A stretch of DNA of 20,000 nucleotides from an uncultured virus (IMG/VR IMGVR_UViG_2061766007_000786) (taxonomy: Duplodnaviria > Heunggongvirae > Uroviricota > Caudoviricetes). The notes below the pieces were generated by a model that searched no databases, was not told where the DNA came from, and saw nothing but the letters and a program-made list of their open reading frames with translations. The stretch lies in IMG/VR virus record IMGVR_UViG_2061766007_000786; one strand, given 5' to 3'. Made by a program: the position numbers and the translations under genes. Shown piece by piece: positions 16,198 to 20,000 of the stretch. Within the stretch, counting starts at the first letter, position 1. Every line of letters begins with the position of its first letter.

Positions 16198-17343
16198 ATG
16201 CACTATATCTTTGGATCCTGGTTTGACCCGTTTACACATGCGCATGAAGCTATCATCAAGAATATAAAGAAAAAGATGCGCGGCGACGACATGTTACATA
16301 TTCTCGTTACCGACAATGACGAAAAAACCGGACGCACGCCGCTCAAATACCGTATTGAAATGGTCCATGCTGCGATGGCTAACAAGAACATCAATTACAC
16401 TGTCGACGTTCAGAAAATCAGAACTTATGAATATATTAACTGGAAGCTTTCCAATATCGACCCGAAAGATATTACTATCGTTATCGGTGAAGATGAATGG
16501 CAGGCATTGCTTGACCGAAAGTGGAAGTTTAGCGACCGTCTTTTGAAGACCTACAAGTTTATCGTCTGTATTCGTTACCCTGGTCTTCCGACTGGTATCG
16601 AAAAGCGTGAAGGTTGTTCTTTGCTCGATCTCGGTCTCAAGGGCGATATTTCCAGTAGCACAGTACGTGAAATTTTCAGGTATAATCCGGAAACACACTA
16701 CAAGTCTGTCCAGCCATATATCAGCAAAGTAGTATTTAATGTTATTAAGCGTGCTGGTTTTATCGCCGACACTGAAATCGAAGTCGACGGCGTTAAATAC
16801 AAGAAAGGCGATATTGTCAGCAATTGCCTTTATAATCAAAACCCGACCAATTATGCACAGCTTGAAAAGGAATGGATCGAAAATTATAAAAAGCAAGGAT
16901 GGGGTAAGTTCGCAAATACAGTAGACGTTTGTGCCTTGTCTGGTAACGAAGTCATGCTTATCCGTCGTAAGAAGCCACCATTTATGAATTACTGGTGTAA
17001 CGTTGGAGGATTTTTTAATCATTCCGAATTCAAGAACAAGGAAACTGGCGAAATGGAAAAGCCAGATGCAAGCCTTGAATATGCTGCACAGAGAGAATTC
17101 CGCGAAGAAGCCGGTCTTGATATTCCCGTAAACAGGTTTACTCAGATTAAGACATATAGCCATATGTTTGATCCTAGGCTTCGTATTATTGATACTGCAT
17201 TTGTAATCCATGTTCCAGGTAAAGATAAAAAGAAGGCCATCGCGGGTGACGACGCTGCCGATGTAGGCTGGTTCAATGTCAATGACCTCCCGTTGCTCGG
17301 ATTCCACCATGAAATGATTATCAATGACGCGCTGGAAAAATAA
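16198..17343 (+). CDS. Bifunctional NadD-like nicotinate/nicotinamide-nucleotide adenylyltransferase and Nudix (ADP-ribose pyrophosphatase-like) hydrolase
   Basis: FGSWFDPFTHAH (HxGH-type), VIGEDE and DISSSTVR in the N-terminal domain. TVD, LIRR, GGF...AQREFREEAGL, DPR and AGDDA in the Nudix domain. Confidence 0.85.
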   Translation: MHYIFGSWFDPFTHAHEAIIKNIKKKMRGDDMLHILVTDNDEKTGRTPLKYRIEMVHAAMANKNINYTVDVQKIRTYEYINWKLSNIDPKDITIVIGEDEWQALLDRKWKFSDRLLKTYKFIVCIRYPGLPTGIEKREGCSLLDLGLKGDISSSTVREIFRYNPETHYKSVQPYISKVVFNVIKRAGFIADTEIEVDGVKYKKGDIVSNCLYNQNPTNYAQLEKEWIENYKKQGWGKFANTVDVCALSGNEVMLIRRKKPPFMNYWCNVGGFFNHSEFKNKETGEMEKPDASLEYAAQREFREEAGLDIPVNRFTQIKTYSHMFDPRLRIIDTAFVIHVPGKDKKKAIAGDDAADVGWFNVNDLPLLGFHHEMIINDALEK

Positions 17344-17585
17344 TGAGTAAAAAAATAAAATTTACGGTAGAATGTGAAATGGAAGAAAGATGGAAAGACT
17401 ATTTTCTTTCATTTTTAAAAACTATGGAATTTTTCGGTCAAGTAGGCCATTCCGAACTATTAGGATTCTATTCTGACGGCGATGGCGATTTTCGGCCCAA
17501 GTTCAATATTAAAGATACGGAATATACACCTAAGGAATCAATTGTCAGCAAGGAAATGACTATTAATTTCTTCGATGCCGGCTAG
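17343..17585 (+). CDS. Small phage hypothetical protein
   Basis: TAATG overlap with the upstream gene; YSDGDGDFRP motif. Confidence 0.75.
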   Translation: MSKKIKFTVECEMEERWKDYFLSFLKTMEFFGQVGHSELLGFYSDGDGDFRPKFNIKDTEYTPKESIVSKEMTINFFDAG

Positions 17586-17590
17586 CGTGT

Positions 17591-17598
17591 TATAAATA
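17591..17598 (+). promoter_or_regulatory. Putative T4-type late promoter
   Basis: Intergenic TATAAATA ahead of a virion-like protein and the peptidase gene. Confidence 0.5.
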
Positions 17599-17629
17599 AT
17601 ACATGAAATGTATTTAACAAATATCAATT

Positions 17630-17660
17630 AGTCATATTGTCATTTGACAATGTGGCTTTT
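17630..17660 (+). terminator. Terminator-like hairpin
   Basis: AGTCATATTGTC/GACAATGTGGCT stem with G-U pairs, followed by T residues. Confidence 0.5.
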
Positions 17661-17676
17661 GTTATATGGAGAAAAT

Positions 17677-18498
17677 ATGGTCGTATACAGAAAAGGTCAT
17701 AAGAATAGCAAGGGCGAAAAAGCCGAATGGTGTATTGTTTCTCATAAGACGCATAAAGTTTTAAGTTCGCATAAATCGAAATCGGCGGCAAAGGCGCATT
17801 TGCAGCAGATGCACATTTTTAAAGAAGCACAAGATACAATCGATATGCTTGTAAACGATTTTAAAATCAATGCTTTGCTTGAACAGATGGATAACTGGGA
17901 AATCAAAACGATGGGTTATGAAAAATACTTGACTATTCAAGTAAACCCAAATCTTGAACTTTATGTTTCGGTTAACTGGGATGGAAAAGGCAATGAATAT
18001 TTTACTGTCGGAAACGAAAATGTCCCTGATGAAAGTTTTGCCTGTCAAACTGTCGCCGATGTCGCTGACAAGCTTGAACAATACCTTGATGCGCAGGGAA
18101 GTCTTACGGAAAGTGTAATGTCGCTTGATGAAGCATTTACTGTATTGAATGAAAACGGTTATATTACTGAAGCCGCTTCGTTTGATGATATTTTTACAGA
18201 ATTCGTAGATTATATGCGTGAAATCTGCGTAATGAATCATCTCAATGTTGTTCCATTCAAACGCACAAATGAAAATGGCGAAAAAGTAGATGGCTTTAAG
18301 GTCGAATCATTTAGAAGCGACTATGACCCTGAAGATGAACCGACTGAATATCTCTATGCAGAAGTATTCGACTTGTATAATGATGGTAAAATTTATATCA
18401 AATGGACAGTTGACCATAAAAATTTCTATACAATGAAATGCCCGACAAATACATTGTATAAGGGTGCAAGACTTCTGTTCAAGAATGTAACTGTATAG
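17677..18498 (+). CDS. Hypothetical protein, possibly virion-internal
   Basis: GGAG RBS favours ATG 17677. Basic His/Lys-rich N-terminal domain, then acidic modules separated by LLE/LTES/ITEA. Confidence 0.7.
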   Translation: MVVYRKGHKNSKGEKAEWCIVSHKTHKVLSSHKSKSAAKAHLQQMHIFKEAQDTIDMLVNDFKINALLEQMDNWEIKTMGYEKYLTIQVNPNLELYVSVNWDGKGNEYFTVGNENVPDESFACQTVADVADKLEQYLDAQGSLTESVMSLDEAFTVLNENGYITEAASFDDIFTEFVDYMREICVMNHLNVVPFKRTNENGEKVDGFKVESFRSDYDPEDEPTEYLYAEVFDLYNDGKIYIKWTVDHKNFYTMKCPTNTLYKGARLLFKNVTV

Positions 18499-18505
18499 GT
18501 AATTT

Positions 18506-19045
18506 ATGACGGATAAGAAACTGACGGCAAATTTCAAACTTTCAGAATTTATATCTGCTGACCCGACAGATTACCAGTTGCAGCTGTTACAGATTCTTGC
18601 AGATAACTTACAGCTTGTAAGAACATTCTTGCAGGAATTCGTTCAAACCGGGAAGAAATCTGTAAGCATTACAATAACTTCTGGCGTAAGGACACAGGCA
18701 GACTATGAACGACTTGTCAAGAACGGCTATAATCCAAGCAAGACATCCGATCATTTCTGCGGCTATCAGCTTACGGCAAAGCCTACATTGGGCGCGGCTG
18801 ACATTACAGTTAAAAATTGCAGCCTATCATTAAAGGCAATCGCGGCAAAAATAATTGAATGGGATAAGGCTGGCCTTGTTCATTTCGGCCAAGTAATCTA
18901 CGAAAAAAATCCGAAAACAGGGAGTGAATGGATTCATCTCGGAAACGATCCTAAGCTGATATTCAATCACAATATCGATGTCCAACGGGAAAAATATCTC
19001 ATGTCGCTCGATAACGGCAAGACATATAAGAAATTCAAATTATAA
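18506..19045 (+). CDS. Peptidase M15-family Zn peptidase (candidate endolysin)
   Basis: LTANFKLSEF, ITSGVR, SDH, AADI, WIHLG motifs. Confidence 0.85.
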   Translation: MTDKKLTANFKLSEFISADPTDYQLQLLQILADNLQLVRTFLQEFVQTGKKSVSITITSGVRTQADYERLVKNGYNPSKTSDHFCGYQLTAKPTLGAADITVKNCSLSLKAIAAKIIEWDKAGLVHFGQVIYEKNPKTGSEWIHLGNDPKLIFNHNIDVQREKYLMSLDNGKTYKKFKL

Positions 19046-19085
19046 ATGTCACGTTCTGTTTTTCGAACACGTTTCAAACGTGACG

Positions 19086-19112
19086 GCACTAGACGAAAGT
19101 CTAGTGTTTTTT
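19086..19112 (+). terminator. Rho-independent terminator
   Basis: GCACTAGAC-GAAA-GTCTAGTGT followed by a T-run. Confidence 0.9.
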
Positions 19113-19120
19113 ATTAAGGG

Positions 19121-19149
19121 TTTACAGATACCGATATTTTTACTATTTT
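19121..19149 (+). promoter_or_regulatory. Sigma70-like early promoter
   Basis: TTTACA 19121-19126, 17 nt, TATTTT 19144-19149, preceded by TTTTTAC as in the other promoters. Confidence 0.65.
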
Positions 19150-19176
19150 TATTCGCGTATAATAAAGGATAATCTA

Positions 19177-20000
19177 ATGTCGTCTTTAAAAGAAAAATTT
19201 TTAAAATTTGTTCGATATATAAAGAACCGTTATCGCCTTCATCAGTATTTCAGGGCGGCAAAGAAAAAACAAGTCAATGCACATTGGGATGGCAAGCTTG
19301 TAGGTTTCAAATATTCAAGGGAAACAACGTATTCGTCTAACTGGAATAAAATCACGCTCGCTGCACGCGGTGTTACATTTGATTCTGTCACTGGCGAAAT
19401 CGTTGCCCGTCCATTCCGTAAATTCTTTAACTTTGCTGAACTCGTTACTGTAGAAGGCGTAAATACTACCTTGTGTAAAAAGCTGCCGAAAGAATACTTG
19501 CCGAATTTGAACGGTCATTTCCGTGTAATGGACAAACTTGACGGCTTCTTGGCAATTACGTTCTTTAACCCGTATACGCAAAAATGGCAAATCAAGACAA
19601 GCGGATCATTCCATGCAGAACAGTCTGACTGGGCACAGGCATGGTTCAATGAACATGTCTGTTCGGACAAGATGAAAACTGGTAATACCTATCTTTTCGA
19701 AGGCATCTGGGAAGGCGATAAGCATGTCGTAAAATATGATTTCAACGAATTAAGACTTCTTGCCGTTATCCCGAACGAAACCGGTATCGAAGTTTCGCTT
19801 AAAGAAATTATCAAGACCGCTGACGAATTAGGCGTAAAGATGGCCGAAGTAAAGAGCTATAATGACTTCAACGAAATGGTCAAGGATGTTTCTAACTATC
19901 CTGCTACACTTGAAGGCGTAGTCGTAACGTTCGATAACGGTTACAAGTGTAAGGTAAAGGGAAACGAATATTGCGAAATGTTCAAAATTATGAACAACCT
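19177..20000 (+). CDS. T4 Rnl1-like RNA ligase, 3'-truncated by the window end (absent from the ORF track)
   Basis: Hand translation is open to the end: ARG, ARPFRKFFN, motif I MDKLDG, YLFEGI, LRLLAV, EGVVV, KCKVKG. AAGGA RBS. Confidence 0.92.
   Translation, partial: MSSLKEKFLKFVRYIKNRYRLHQYFRAAKKKQVNAHWDGKLVGFKYSRETTYSSNWNKITLAARGVTFDSVTGEIVARPFRKFFNFAELVTVEGVNTTLCKKLPKEYLPNLNGHFRVMDKLDGFLAITFFNPYTQKWQIKTSGSFHAEQSDWAQAWFNEHVCSDKMKTGNTYLFEGIWEGDKHVVKYDFNELRLLAVIPNETGIEVSLKEIIKTADELGVKMAEVKSYNDFNEMVKDVSNYPATLEGVVVTFDNGYKCKVKGNEYCEMFKIMNN

Noticed and set aside
14929..17310. Long antisense ORFs 14929-15633 and 16294-17310 (also 1713-2117, 4662-5102, 10235-10711, 17761-18240, 19315-19590)
   Set aside because: They are shadows of well-supported + strand genes and have no recognisable motifs.
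17644..17672. TTGACA at 17644 as an early promoter or TTG start codon
   Set aside because: There is no -10 at 16-18 nt spacing, it lies within a hairpin, and the GGAG RBS supports ATG 17677.
1..20000. Stop-codon reassignment (code 15 or 4), as in some large gut phages
   Set aside because: Coding density is near-complete under code 11, and TAG and TGA end genes at sensible positions (10645, 12559, 17585, 2644).
1..20000. tRNA genes accompanying the CCA enzyme
   Set aside because: I saw no cloverleaf or T-loop consensus in any intergenic space, and most gaps are too short.

Overview
This is a gene-dense, almost entirely + strand segment of a large lytic dsDNA phage, probably T4-like or jumbo, using the standard genetic code. 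It is an early/accessory region built from short transcription units, each driven by a near-identical sigma70-type promoter (TT(G/T)ACA-N17-TATATT), often fused to a terminator-like hairpin. Recognisable genes are guanylate kinase, a DUF4343-type ATP-grasp protein, a calcineurin-like phosphoesterase flanked by two 'FETNSSS' paralogs, a YdjM-like membrane hydrolase, four tandem paralogous membrane proteins, a CCA-adding enzyme, a NadD-like adenylyltransferase-Nudix fusion, an M15 peptidase and a 3'-truncated T4 Rnl1-like RNA ligase missing from the ORF track. A non-autonomous IS200/IS605 element (tnpB only, 10646-12111) can be delimited to within 2 nt. It has an intact-looking RuvC, a predictable omegaRNA guide and TAM, a kissing-loop RNA leader and an outward promoter. 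The duplications around the two N-gaps in the first 700 bp look like assembly artefacts. The main candidate new system is a phage tRNA-repair plus NAD-salvage (counter-defence) gene set; this is inferred from gene content only.
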